A DNA stretch of 63,614 nt, filler included, from Octopus bimaculoides (lineage: Eukaryota), in the NCBI RefSeq assembly GCF_001194135.2. It is 4 parts of 4 records of this genome, joined end to end, with 100 filler letters (N's around TTAATTAATTAA, not from the genome) between each part and the next. Parts side by side here need not be neighbours in the genome. Positions count along the whole stretch, not along the records: positions 1 to 16,643 come from NC_068982.1; positions 16,744 to 32,772 come from NC_068995.1; 2 more parts are not named here. The stretch is one strand, 5' to 3'. This document shows, one piece after another, positions 13,891 through 27,520 of the stretch; the stretch's first letter is position 1; each line of letters starts with the position of its first letter. Both the position numbers and the translations under genes were made by a program. The notes under the pieces are model-generated. The model did not search any database, was not told the origin of the DNA, and was given only the letters and a program-made list of their open reading frames with translations.

Positions 13891-15819
13891 NNNNNNNNNN
13901 NNNNNNNNNNNNNNNNNNNNNNNNNNNNNNNNNNNNNNNNNNNNNNNNNNNNNNNNNNNNNNNNNNNNNNNNNNNNNNNNNNNNNNNNNNNNNNNNNNNN
14001 NNNNNNNNNNNNNNNNNNNNNNNNNNNNNNNNNNNNNNNNNNNNNNNNNNNNNNNNNNNNNNNNNNNNNNNNNNNNNNNNNNNNNNNTATTATTATTATT
14101 ATTATTATTATCATTCATGAACAGAAGAACAATCTTTTATTTCATAAAATATTTATGACGATAATTACAACTTTACTTATTGGAAATTGACGAATGGCGT
14201 TAACATTGTTTTTTTTATTATTTACCTGTTTAATTCGGTGAATTAATAGAAATAGTCTTGTAATCATTGATGAGCCATTGAATACAAAAAAAAAAAAAAA
14301 AAAATTAATCAGCCATTAAAAGGAAATGATATTCCTTCCCGAAGACCCTCTTGTGTTATTTCTTATTTAAGAGCGTGAAATGCAAGTGATCGTATTTCAA
14401 ATATCAATAATTAAAAACGTCGAACGCTACAAGGAGAAATTTAAACGTAGGCAATATTAAATATTGAGATCATCTATTTAAGTATTCCCTTGGTATGCTT
14501 TCTATTAACAAATTGTGATTCTTAATTACTAATACATTTCGGTACACACAGAAAGGTGATGTGTGGACTCATCTATTGATCGATCTCGTGCCCTGAGGTG
14601 TGTTTCAATAAGAAGAATGAGGCAAGATATACTAATTCATTTTCCATGAAAGAACGAAACCATTACCTTTTAGGAGAAACATATAATCGGGATGATATTA
14701 TTTTACCAAGGGCATTATCGGTGTATTTGAAAGTACTGTGTTCTAAAACAGAACTGATACTGGATGTTGTTGGAGCTTTGAAGTATACATTTCAGCTAAC
14801 CGTTGACGCTTGCCTATACTTGTATATTTTTCTGCACATCACTTATGCAGATTTTGCAGACATTACAAATAGGATAACATCCGATATGTACCGTTTTGAG
14901 GTGATTTGGCGTTATTTAAATACGATTTGCATGGCATATCTAGCTACCACCAATACAATCACCCACACCTATCATCGTCTGTTTACAATGGGGAGTATTC
15001 CCGTATTCAGATGCATAACTGCATCGTTAATAGCCACGAGTGTTTGTTATAATACTTAACAACGGTATGATTATGAGTTTCTGTTATCTCCTTTTTCATA
15101 TCCTTTCATAGGCAAGAGTCGATGCTTTGCTTCTTAAAGAGATTCAAGTTGCAAATAGTTCTGAGAACGAACGAATGAGTGAATGAAACAACAAAAGCCC
15201 GATTATACATACATGGATACATACATATATATATGCCAGTATATATATATATACATGTGTATTTGCATATATATATATATNNNNNNNNNNNNNNNNNNNN
15301 NNNNNNNNNNNNNNNNNNNNNNNNNNNNNNNNNNNNNNNNNNNNNNNNNNNNNNNNNNNNNNNNNNNNNNNNNNNNNNNNNNNNNNNNNNNNNNNNNNNN
15401 NNNNNNNNNNNNNNNNNNNNNNNNNNNNNNNNNNNNNNNNNNNNNNNNNNNNNNNNNNNNNNNNNNNNNNNNNNNNNNNNNNNNNNNNNNNNNNNNNNNN
15501 NNNNNNNNNNNNNNNNNNNNNNNNNNNNNNNNNNNNNNNNNNNNNNNNNNNNNNNNNNNNNNNNNNNNNNNNNNNNNNNNNNNNNNNNNNNNNNNNNNNN
15601 NNNNNNNNNNNNNNNNNNNNNNNNNNNNNNNNNNNNNNNNNNNNNNNNNNNNNNNNNNNNNNNNNNNNNNNNNNNNNNNNNNNNNNNNNNNNNNNNNNNN
15701 NNNNNNNNNNNNNNNNNNNNNNNNNNNNNNNNNNNNNNNNNNNNNNNNNNNNNNNNNNNNNNNNNNNNNNNNNNNNNNNNNNNNNNNNNNNNNNNNNNNN
15801 NNNNNNNNNNNNNNNNNNN

Positions 15820-15872
<53 letters not shown>

Positions 15873-16387
15873 ATGTATGCATGCACACACACAAAAAAAT
15901 CGCTGTATTTATGCAGGATTGAATATTTATTGCGTATTACTAACTCTACAGTAAAACCTATTTACGAATATTGATTTATGAAACCGCATGCATACATACA
16001 AATGGTAACAGAGGAATATTAAGTAACAACTGATACAGAAATATTGAATACCAGAAGTAGTTGCATAGCCATGTATGAATGCAATATATTATTTAAAAGC
16101 AGCAATGCAATGTATTTCTACATTATGTTTCGAAATACCGACGAAAGACGTTAGTGACATTTAAAGTATGCATTCACATGTACAGATTAAATGTAAATAC
16201 TTTGGTGAAAGTACGGCCCAGCAGTTTCAATAATAATGTATAATACTACGTTAAAGCATGAGAACACCTCTGTGTAAGAATAGGGAACAAAGCGTTTAAC
16301 TGAAAATGTGTCTAATTATAGACAAAAATATTAAATTATATATTTGATAATGTACACACACTAAATGGACACATATACATACACATT

Positions 16388-16462
<75 letters not shown>

Positions 16463-16687
16463 CAAGAAATGAGGGCAGGGAATCGTCAATTAATAATAGA
16501 ATTAACAATTAACAATTTTGCCAAGTAGTTCAGTATGAAAAAAACCTTTATCGGTAAGACCATTTATCATCATAAATATAAGGGATTAGCAATTGAGTTG
16601 CTTCTCCAACATACTGAAAATTCAGAAATAGCAGTCAAAGAACNNNNNNNNNNNNNNNNNNNNNNNNNNNNNNNNNNNNNNNNNNNN

Positions 16688-16699
16688 TTAATTAATTAA
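16688..16699. other. Assembly linker TTAATTAATTAA (N44-12-N44)
   Basis: Identical 100-bp construct occurs three times; the 12-mer has stops in all six frames. Confidence 0.95.
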
Positions 16700-16779
16700 N
16701 NNNNNNNNNNNNNNNNNNNNNNNNNNNNNNNNNNNNNNNNNNNTGGGTTTCATGTGATTAAGGAAGACATGGACAGACA

Positions 16780-16814
<35 letters not shown>

Positions 16815-16884
16815 TCATATTCACATACACGAAACTACACTTATATACAATATACATACCCCACCTCACCCCCACCCCCACCAT

Positions 16885-17187
16885 CACTGGTACTCCGTCG
16901 GTTACGACGACGAGGGTTCCAGTTGATCAGATCAACGGAACAACATGCTTGAGAAATTAACGTGCATGTGACTGAGCATTCCACAGACGTAGTTCTCGGG
17001 AAGATTCAGCGTGACACAGGATGTGACAAGGTTGGCCCTTTCCATTGCAAGTACTACTCATTTTTGCCAACTGAGTGGACGTGAAATAAAGTGTCTTGCT
17101 CAAGGACACAACGTATAGCCGGGAATTGAACTCACGACCTTGCGATCGTGAGTCGAATACCCTAACCACTAAGCCATGTGCCTTCAC
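16885..17187 (-). mobile_element. SINE family C variant
   Basis: tRNA-like head with A/B boxes; same 3' module as 41830, different middle. Confidence 0.8.
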
Positions 17188-17213
17188 AATATACATACAT
17201 ACATACATACACA

Positions 17214-17368
17214 TGATTGCATGGTAAGAAGTTTGCTTCCCAACCACGTGGTTCCGAGTTAAGTCCCACTGCGTGGAACCTTGGGCAAGTGTCTTCTGTT
17301 ATAGGCTCGGGCCGACCGAAGCCTTTTGGGTGAATTTAGTAGACGGGAACTGAAAGAAGCCTGTCATG

Positions 17369-17433
<65 letters not shown>

Positions 17434-17560
17434 GTGCGTGTCTTTGCCTTTGTTTCTTTGTTCCACCGTTCCTTCCCACACCACTTGACAACCGGTGCTG
17501 GTTAATTTACGTCACCGTAACTTAGCGGTTCGGCATAAGAGCCCGACAGAATAGGATCTG
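17214..17560 (+). mobile_element. SINE family A
   Basis: Colinear with the 29376 copy and includes the 3' part cttagcggttcggca. Confidence 0.8.
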
Positions 17561-18896
17561 TTCAGTTTGGCTCACAGATTTTTTAGTTAATTTTTTTTTA
17601 ACTAAACAGTTTGAAACTTCGTATACTGGTGGAATTTCTCACGCAGAATACGTTTTACATTGAACATTTTTGACATAATTTCGTATTTTAGAAGTTATTT
17701 CGTGCTAAAGTTGTTGTATTTGGATAATTTTAACCAATCAACGACGTGTATTCATTTGAAGAAAGCTACGTACCAGGCTTTAAAAAGATAATAGTAATTA
17801 CTGAGATTTGTTCGAATAAAATTCTTCAAGATGGCGTTGAAGCATGGCCGCTGTCCAGTGACCGAAATAAGTTATATAGACGCATACAAATATATACATA
17901 TATGCACACATTTACACATATACATACACATTAATAGAACTGCCGTGAAAAGTGGGAAAACATTAGGTAATTTAGACTAGGCAAAAAGCAGGGACGGTCA
18001 CAGTTGGAGCGTTCTTGATCATAGTTTGTTCGTTCAGAGCCGCCTTAGAGCAAAACAACAACAATAACAATGAAACTACAACAAAAACGAAAAAAAGAAA
18101 ACAGCAAGAAACAAACAAGCTTATGAAACACATACATAAATCAATGCCAGTTCATATACTGACAGCAATACGCACATAAACACACACACTAAATTAGTAT
18201 GTGTGTGCGTGGAAGTCTGTAGGCTTGTATTTATATGAAGAGGTGTGGGAAGAGAGGAGAGACAAATAAAGTATTTGTGTTTGCGTACGTACGTATGTGT
18301 GGGTGTGTCTGTGTGTGTGTGTGTCTGTGTGTATACGTGTGCTTGTGAGTGAGTGTGTGTATGTTTGTGTGTGTGTGAGTCTATAACGTAAAGGGAAAAA
18401 AAACTCCATTAGTGAACAGAACAAACAGAAGTGGTTTGTGTGAATACTGAATAGACTAGAAGGCATTTCAGTGAAGTGGTTTATGTGTGTGTGTGTAGAT
18501 AAATAAATATATACATATATATATATATATANNNNNNNNNNNNNNNNNNNNNNNNNNNNNNNNNNNNNNNNNNNNNNNNNNNNNNNNNNNNNNNNNNNNN
18601 NNNNNNNNNNNNNNNNNNNNNNNNNNNNNNNNNNNNNNNNNNNNNNNNNNNNNNNNNNNNNNNNNNNNNNNNNNNNNNNNNNNNNNNNNNNNNNNNNNNN
18701 NNNNNNNNNNNNNNNNNNNNNNNNNNNNNNNNNNNNNNNNNNNNNNNNNNNNNNNNNNNNNNNNNNNNNNNNNNNNNNNNNNNNNNNNNNNNNNNNNNNN
18801 NNNNNNNNNNNNNNNNNNNNNNNNNNNNNNNNNNNNNNNNNNNNNNNNNNNNNNNNNNNNNNNNNNNNNNNNNNNNNNNNNNNNNNNNNNNNNNNN

Positions 18897-18927
<31 letters not shown>

Positions 18928-19629
18928 TAGATAGATAGATAGATATAAGATGTATATATATATATATATATATATATTGTATATAAGTATACATATACAT
19001 ATATATACATACGCGCACACGTATACACAGTGTGTTTGTATGTGTGTGTGTGTGCGTGTGTGTACATCTATAAGAAGGAATGGAAGTACACATGTAAACA
19101 AACGTAAACACAATTGTACATACAATCACAGTAAGTCTACATGTCTGTATTTTGGTACCGCTATATTTACACACGCACACACGCACATACACACACACGC
19201 ACATACACACACACGCACACAAACACACTACCACCACCAATATTTCTCAGTCAAAAAAGAAAAAGCTAGCCCACATACAGCCAAATACACACACGCATAC
19301 ACAAACACATATACAGACGCGCACACATCCATACATGCATACTCTTAGTCACTTCACGAAGACAACATTATTTCTGCCTTCCTTAACACTATTCCTATTA
19401 CATTGCAAAGATGGACGCACTATATTTACGTTTGGAGGCATTTTAAAGTGTAACGCATGGTTTTATACATCGAGCTTTCAAGATATATGTAATTGTTCCT
19501 CATCTGATATCAAAATAATAGCAATTTATTGAATTCTACATTGATTCCAGGTTTAGAAATCTATTTCCATTTTATATGTTATCATTAGTATAGTGCCCAT
19601 TGTTAGGTGTTGCATACCTTACCTACTCA

Positions 19630-19938
19630 GTCATTAGACTACGGCCATACTGGGGCACCGTCTTGAAGAATATGTTTTAGTCGAGTGAATCGATCCGAGT
19701 ACTTAATTTTTTTTTTTTTTGCTAAGCCTGGTACTGATTCTATCGTAGACTTTTGCCGTACCGCTAAGTTGCGGCGACGTAAACACACCAGCACCGGTTG
19801 TCAAGTGGTGTTGGGGGACAAACACAGACACAAAGACACACACATAGCTAGATATATATATACTTTGTATGTACCACGTGCTCGCGTTGTTGTTTTTTTT
19901 CTTCTTCTTGTCCTCTTTTCTCCGATTTTCTTATTAAC

Positions 19939-19974
<36 letters not shown>

Positions 19975-20282
19975 NNNNNNNNNNNNNNNNNNNNNNNNNN
20001 NNNNNNNNNNNNNNNNNNNNNNNNNNNNNNNNNNNNNNNNNNNNNNNNNNNNNNNNNNNNNNNNNNNNNNNNNNNNNNNNNNNNNNNNNNNNNNNNNNNN
20101 NNNNNNNNNNNNNNNNNNNNTATACACCCGATGGACTTCTTCCAGTTTCCCTCTAACAAATCAACTCTTGTGAGCTTTGGCCGGCTCGAGGCTAAAGTAG
20201 AAGACAGGATTATCACGCAGTGGGACTGAATCCGGAACCATGCGGTTAGAAAGCAAGCTTCTAACTACACAGTCACGCCTGT
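19630..20282 (-). mobile_element. SINE family A split by microsatellite and gap
   Basis: Head at 20121-20282 and 3' part at 19630-19845, both reverse complements of the family. Confidence 0.7.
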
Positions 20283-20865
20283 ATATTTATATACATACAC
20301 ACATATATCTTGCTGTTAATACCGAAGAGGTATAAAAAAATATAGTCGGCTTATGGAAACATGCTGATCGACTCCTAAAAACACGTGTATGTTATATAAA
20401 ACTTTTAAAACAAGGAACTACGTCTTTCTGTTTCTTATTGCTATGTAATGTGGCTCGAACACGACACATTTCTCTCTCCGTCAAAATGGTGGTTATTTTC
20501 AAATTGCATGAATGGTAGGGGTGCAGTATGGAGTAGTTTACTGAGTCCAAACCTTCTGGTAACTTGTCGTGCCTTCCAGTACACTTATAAATAGCAGCAC
20601 TGTCAACCAACTGATGTTGGTAAATATTAAGGGATTAAATTACGATTATCTTCAGAAGATCTAGCGTTTCAAAGTCATTATGTAATCACTTATGTAACGA
20701 TTACCGCATAACATACTAGTATTCGCTAGTGAAATACGTGTAAAGGTTATGTATTTTGTAATGTTACAAGAATAAAATGATTAAATAACTCACCTGTTTG
20801 ATCCTGTTCTCATACACACACAGACACACACACACTTATATGTTTATGCATATATGTATATATAT

Positions 20866-21000
20866 AGGGAGAATTCACAAAAAAAAACAACAGACGAAGA
20901 CAGGTGATGTAGAAAACAAACAGATGTATTAGTATAACGCTCGGAAATTGAAAAATTCTTTAACGTTTCGAGCCTACGCTCTTCCACATAAAGGAACACA
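20866..21000 (-). mobile_element. Penelope-like terminal fragment with decayed hammerhead
   Basis: Minus strand reads AUGUGGA A GAGC GUAG GCUC GAAAC GU U AAAG. Stem II and GAAAC are intact; the CUGANGA core is mutated. Confidence 0.4.
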
Positions 21001-21169
21001 NNNNNNNNNNGATTATGGTTACTGTCAATCCCTATATATTTATGATTATAAATTATTCACCGAAGAAGGTTTTTTTCATACTGAGCTACCCGGCAGAAAT
21101 TGTTAATTATTAATTTTATTACTAATTGATGATTCCCTGCCCTGCATATCTATATATATATATATATAT

Positions 21170-21458
21170 ATAGTGGTTAGCGATCTATCCGACTAACGGA
21201 TGTTGTTATACATGCTGGTCACAATGCGCTCCCTCACTTTGTTGTACCTTTCGAATTATGCCACCCCGCTGGTTACTCGAGTAGACCAACATTATCCCTC
21301 AACAGGCTGCCTCTCAATCGTAGGGTTACCCGTTTGCAGCCGAATGGACTGGAGCAAGGAAGTGTTTTGCTCAAGAATGTACAGCACCGCCGGTCTGTGA
21401 ATCGAAACCACGATCTAGTAATCGTGAGTACAACACACTAACGACTAGGCCATGCGCC

Positions 21459-21462
<4 letters not shown>
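21170..21462 (-). mobile_element. SINE with family C head and different body
   Basis: tgaaggcgcatggcctagtcgttag...gatcgtggtttcgattc head. Confidence 0.7.
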
Positions 21463-21547
<85 letters not shown>

Positions 21548-22019
21548 GTTTGACATGTATAAATCTATTTATCTATGTATGCATACACACACACACACAT
21601 ATATATGTGGTGTGTGTGTGTGTGTGCATATGTGTGTGTGTGTGTGAATACACACTCTACCAAACCTTAGAACTTCCGTTCTATGTTTCCTCGCTTCGCC
21701 TTTCAGCTAAGGCGTTTTTCTGAGAATCCTTTAACGGAACCAAATAAATAAATAATCGAGTATAGCTTTAAGCATATAGCATGGCATTTGTGACATTATG
21801 CATTGTCACACACACATTCACTCATTTGTAATGTAGCAATTATGAACGCTCCTATATATGCATATCTGTATGTTCTTTTTATCTTTTTAATTTTAGAGTA
21901 AATTTTGATCAGTCCATAGTCTCAAATATCGTGATTATTTGTAGCATACGAATTAAGGATTAAAGTTCCCTCCCTAAGATCCTAAATTCAGCCATATTTT
22001 GCTCTAGACAGGTTGGCAT

Positions 22020-22310
22020 TTATCCTGTTGTTCCAAATAATAATAGGTATGAAGCTGAAAGTGTATCTTGGACACTGGATTTGCAAACTCCTTATCAATG
22101 GTCCATAGATGTCCTCTTTCTAACCACATCGACATTTGATTTCCACAACAGAACATATCTTTTCGCTGTGATTCCACACAACGATATCCGGTCGGTTGTG
22201 TTTTAACTTGGTGGCTGTTTTAATTTCTAAGTTCCACCGATATTCTTTTGACCTGTCGGTTCCAATATAGTCGACTTCGTTTGTAGGCATTTTCTTTTTT
22301 GTTCTCCTGT
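22020..22310 (-). mobile_element. RLE-type LINE fragment
   Basis: EYRWNLEIKTATKLKHNRPDIVVWNHSEKICSVVEI contains the RPD endonuclease motif. Confidence 0.7.
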
Positions 22311-24305
22311 CCCGTATGTATGTATGTATGTATGTATGTATGTATGTATGTATGTGTGAGTGTGTGAATGTGTGCATGTTTTTCCTTTCAGTTTTATTAC
22401 TCTACCTCTGGTATTTGAGTACTCTTTTTTCCACCTTGTTGCACATTTATGTGCTTACTCCGCTATANNNNNNNNNNNNNNNNNNNNNNNNNNNNNNNNN
22501 NNNNNNNNNNNNNNNNNNNNNNNNNNNNNNNNNNNNNNNNNNNNNNNNNNNNNNNNNNNNNNNNNNNNNNNNNNNNNNNNNNNNNNNNNNNNNNNNNNNN
22601 NNNNNNNNNNNNNNNNNNNNNNNNNNNNNNNNNNNNNNNNNNNNNNNNNNNNNNNNNNNNNNNNNNNNNNNNNNNNNNNNNNNNNNNNNNNNNNNNNNNN
22701 NNNNNNNNNNNNNNNNNNNNNNNNNNNNNNNNNNNNNNNNNNNNNNNNNNNNNNNNNNNNNNNNNNNNNNNNNNNNNNNNNNNNNNNNNNNNNNNNNNNN
22801 NNNNNNNNNNNNNNNNNNNNNNNNNNNNNNNNNNNNNNNNNNNNNNNNNNNNNNNNNNNNNNNNNNNNNNNNNNNNNNNNNNNNNNNNNNNNNNNNNNNN
22901 NNNNNNNNNNNNNNNNNNNNNNNNNNNNNNNNNNNNNNNNNNNNNNNNNNNNNNNNNNNNNNNNNNNNNNNNNNNNNNNNNNNNNNNNNNNNNNNNNNNN
23001 NNNNNNNNNNNNNNNNNNNNNNNNNNNNNNNNNNNNNNNNNNNNNNNNNNNNNNNNNNNNNNNNNNNNNNNNNNNNNNNNNNNNNNNNNNNNNNNNNNNN
23101 NNNNNNNNNNNNNNNNNNNNNNNNNNNNNNNNNNNNNNNNNNNNNNNNNNNNNNNNNNNNNNNNNNNNNNNNNNNNNNNNNNNNNNNNNNNAGTGGGACT
23201 GAACCCAGAACCGGTAGTATCCTAAATGCCAAGAAAGGAGCTTTATATCATGTCTTCACGCAAATAAATACATGCCACTCGCTCTTCAGAAAATTCGTGC
23301 GCCTGTCCTGTTTCAATGGCAAATTATTTAAACACTTAGATTACTGAGAAATTCTCTATCATCAAAATTCAAGTTAATCGTGAAGTACCTTATTAACTGA
23401 AGTACACTTATGTCCTCTTAAAAACAAAGTGTTCTTTTCTGCTTTTGTATTTTCTGATATTTTTTCCAGTTATAGCTAAGTATTCTTTCAGTGGGGGGAC
23501 TCACATGATGTTGATTAACCAATGAAACTTTGAGGTCCAGGCGCAGTTAGATTTGGATTTTTTTCGATTTAAAAAAAAAAAATGTTTCTTTTTCATTTCT
23601 TTATAGATCAACAATTACTGTCTGAAGCGATCAAGAAATCATGAAACTCGAAATAGTAATTTAAGGTCCCATATGAATAAATGCAGCTAAAGTCTACACT
23701 TTATATTGACTGCTTTGGCCACTGTTACGCATAAAAAACGTCTCTCATACAAATACATACATACATAGATACGTGTGTACGTATGTACATGATAGCTGTC
23801 AACTCGTAGACAAGTATGACCATCTCTGACAAATTATCTTACTCTAGATGTTTAAGATAATGGCTGTCAGCAATGCTCGTGCTGACATTTCAAATCAATA
23901 ACAGTTTGCACTGCGTCTCCAAGATTCTCACCTACAAAAACCAAGTAGTCCCAGAAACAAGCACGTGCAAGATGTCCAGCTTCGCAAAGAGGTGGGTCTT
24001 ATTTCAGAAATTCCTTCTAGAGAGATGTCTAAATAAAGATTAAGGGTCTCTCGCTCTCAGCTGTTGGTTGGCTATTGGACTCTGCTGAGTTCGTTTGTCT
24101 TTTCACATGTTTTCTTTTCATTCTGCTGGCGTGTCCAACGAAAACCATTCTCCTAACCAAGCAGGCTTGGTAGGGTTGACGGTTTACACGCGACGGCCCT
24201 ACCATGAGACATGTTGTACTGGGTTACATATTGCTAGTAGCACTACGAGTGACCTGACATACATACATACATACATACATACATACATACACATACATAC
24301 ATAAT

Positions 24306-24566
24306 TTGTTGTTGGCACTCCGTCGCTTACGACGTCGAGGGTTCCAGTTGATCCGATCAACAGAACAGCCTGCTCGTGAAATTAACGTGCAAGTGGCTGA
24401 GCACTCCACAGACACGTGTACCCTTAACGTAGTTCTCGGAGATATTCAGCGTGACACAGTGTGGCAAGGCTGACCCTTTGAATTACAGGCACAACAGAAA
24501 CAGGAAGTAAGAGTGAGAGAAAGTTGTGGTGAAAGAGTACAGCAGGGTTCACCACAATCCCCTGCC
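24306..24566 (-). mobile_element. SINE family C, head in gap
   Basis: Highly similar to 41830-42090. Confidence 0.8.
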
Positions 24567-26513
24567 NNNNNNNNNNNNNNNNNNNNNNNNNNNNNNNNNN
24601 NNNNNNNNNNNNNNNNNNNNNNNNNNNNNNNNNNNNNNNNNNNNNNNNNNNNNNNNNNNNNNNNNNNNNNNNNNNNNNNNNNNNNNNNNNNNNNNNNNNN
24701 NNNNNNNNNNNNNNNNNNNNNNNNNNNNNNNNNNNNNNNNNNNNACACACATAATACATACATACATACATACATACATACATACATACATACATACATA
24801 CATACATACATACATACATCATCGCCATTATGTACAGGACAGCCAACAGTCAAGTTTGTTGTTCGTACATTCTAACCCAAGAAAATCACATTGAAATATT
24901 CAAAGGGGATAGTCATAGTAGGAGTGCTGACCGAACAGTACAGAAAGAAATTGTTGTTTTGGCTCTAAGTCAACACTGAATTAGTTGACCTATAATCAAT
25001 GAGTTCCCTGACATGACCGTCCCGTCTTTCCTTAGATATATCACACAACTAAGTACATTATGTCATATGTCATTGTAAGATAATATGCCGCCATTGAAGG
25101 AAAATTTGACTGCTATTTCTTGTACTCTGAGCAACCAACCACATAGAAGCACCGTGATGGTTCTGGTGGTATTATTGCGGTATTGGTGGTAGCATAAGTG
25201 GTGGTGGTGCTGGTGGTAGTTGTAGTTGTAGTGATATCACTAGTTGCAGTGATATTTGTGGTGATTAGGTTGTAGTGGAGGTGGTGGTCGTGTTGGGGGC
25301 GGCGGTGATTGTGGTTGGTATTATGGCAGTGGTTGGGAACGGTAATTATATTAATGGCGGTGATAGTTATTGTAGTAAAGGTGGTGGCGGCGGCGGCGGC
25401 AATGGAGGTGGTGGTGTCGGTGTCGGCGGTGGTATGTTATGACGTGCAATTAATCATCATTATCATCAACAATATTAGTTACAACAAAACTAACCACTTC
25501 CTTCCTTCCCTCGGTCTCTCCCCTCTCAACCCCCACTCACTTCTCATTATCTCTCTCTCTCCCTCTCTTACTCCTCCCTGTTTTTTCTCTCTCTCTCTTA
25601 CCCACACCTCTCTCGCTTTCTCTTTCGCTCGCTATCTTTCTAAATATCTTTCCATCTACCATTACACACACACACAAGTATTTATTTCAATATCATCTGG
25701 GTAGTAAACCTCATAACGTACATTTCAAAGCTGCTCCTATACGGTTATATATATATACATAAATATATTCATATGTATCTATGTGTGTATGTATGAGTTT
25801 ATGAATGTATAAATATATATATATATATATATATACATAAATATATACATATGTATCTATGTGTGTATGTATGTATTTATGCATGTATAAATATATATAT
25901 ACATATGTATCTATGTGTGCATGTATGTATGTATGTATGTATTTATGCATGTATAAATATATATNNNNNNNNNNNNNNNNNNNNNNNNNNNNNNNNNNNN
26001 NNNNNNNNNNNNNNNNNNNNNNNNNNNNNNNNNNNNNNNNNNNNNNNNNNNNNNNNNNNNNNNNNNNNNNNNNNNNNNNNNNNNNNNNNNNNNNNNNNNN
26101 NNNNNNNNNNNNNNNNNNNNNNNNNNNNNNNNNNNNNNNNNNNNNNNNNNNNNNNNNNNNNNNNNNNNNNNNNNNNNNNNNNNNNNNNNNNNNNNNNNNN
26201 NNNNNNNNNNNNNNNNNNNNNNNNNNNNNNNNNNNNNNNNNNNNNNNNNNNNNNNNNNNNNNNNNNNNNNNNNNNNNNNNNNNNNNNNNNNNNNNNNNNN
26301 NNNNNNNNNNNNNNNNNNNNNNNNNNNATATACATATATATAAACCTATATAGTCTTGTATACGTTTGTATTTTATCATTAACTCTGTCTTTGCCTCTAT
26401 CACTTACTCTCTTCATATTAACTCTTTCTCTCTCTCATTATGTATATACATTTATATATATATATATATATATATTGCAGTATAATTATTTATTTCTTTC
26501 TCAATCCATTATT

Positions 26514-26547
<34 letters not shown>

Positions 26548-27474
26548 AGATATTAACTCTCTCCTCTTTCTTTCCCTCTTTATCTCCAATATTAACTCTC
26601 CCCTTCTATCATCAACTCTTTCTCTCATCACACATTCTATATTACGTCTTCGCTCTCAGTCTGTGCAACGTTTACTCTCTCTCCTTCTCTCCCACCCCTT
26701 CCCCCTCTTTATATCTGTACAATCTGTACACCCCTCCCGACTCCCTCTCATCTCCTCTTCTCTCTCTCTCTCTCCCATAAGAACAGAAAAGATTCATTTC
26801 CTTCACTAAACACACGACACATCACCGAAGACATCGTGCTCCCCCCACCGCATCTCATTCTAACTACTTCTACTGCTGCTGCTGATGGTGATGGTGACGG
26901 CGATGATGATTAAGTCGGTGATGATGATGACAACGAGGAAGAGGAGAAGGCGGAGGAAGATGATACCAATAATAGTGATGATGGTGATGGTAGATGATGA
27001 TGGGGATCGTGGTGGTAGTGGTGGTAGTGGCATGGTGGTCGTGGTGGTGGCGGTGGTAGTGGTGGATCTAAAGAGATGGGAAGCAATTGTGTGTGTGTGT
27101 GTGTGTATGTGAACATGTATGTGTGTTTGACTATGTATGTCCATATGTTTATATGTACGTCCCTATATATGTGCATGTGAATATGTATGTGTGTGTGTGC
27201 GTGTGATTATGTTGAAAGTGAGGGATATGTAGTTTATGTATGCGTGTGTGTGTGTGCGTTGTGTGTGTGTATGTGTACATATATGTGTTCATATGTGTGT
27301 ATTCGTACATATGTAGTGTGCGTATCTGTACATGTAGGTGTATGTGTGTACATATGTATGTATGTGTATATATGTATATATAAATGTATGCATGTGTCTA
27401 TATCTGTACACGGGTGTGCNNNNNNNNNNATATATATATATATATATATATATTGATAAAAAGGACATTTTTAC

Positions 27475-27520
<46 letters not shown>

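Noticed and set aside
20787-20800. Isolated CAG|GTGAGT donor on the minus strand as a further protocadherin exon
   Set aside because: No credible acceptor or ORF upstream; runs into a CA repeat.
23920-23945. Minus-strand TTTTTGTAG|GTGAG as a recursive splice site
   Set aside because: Lies beyond the proposed last exon and across a scaffold linker; weak polypyrimidine tract; expected by chance.
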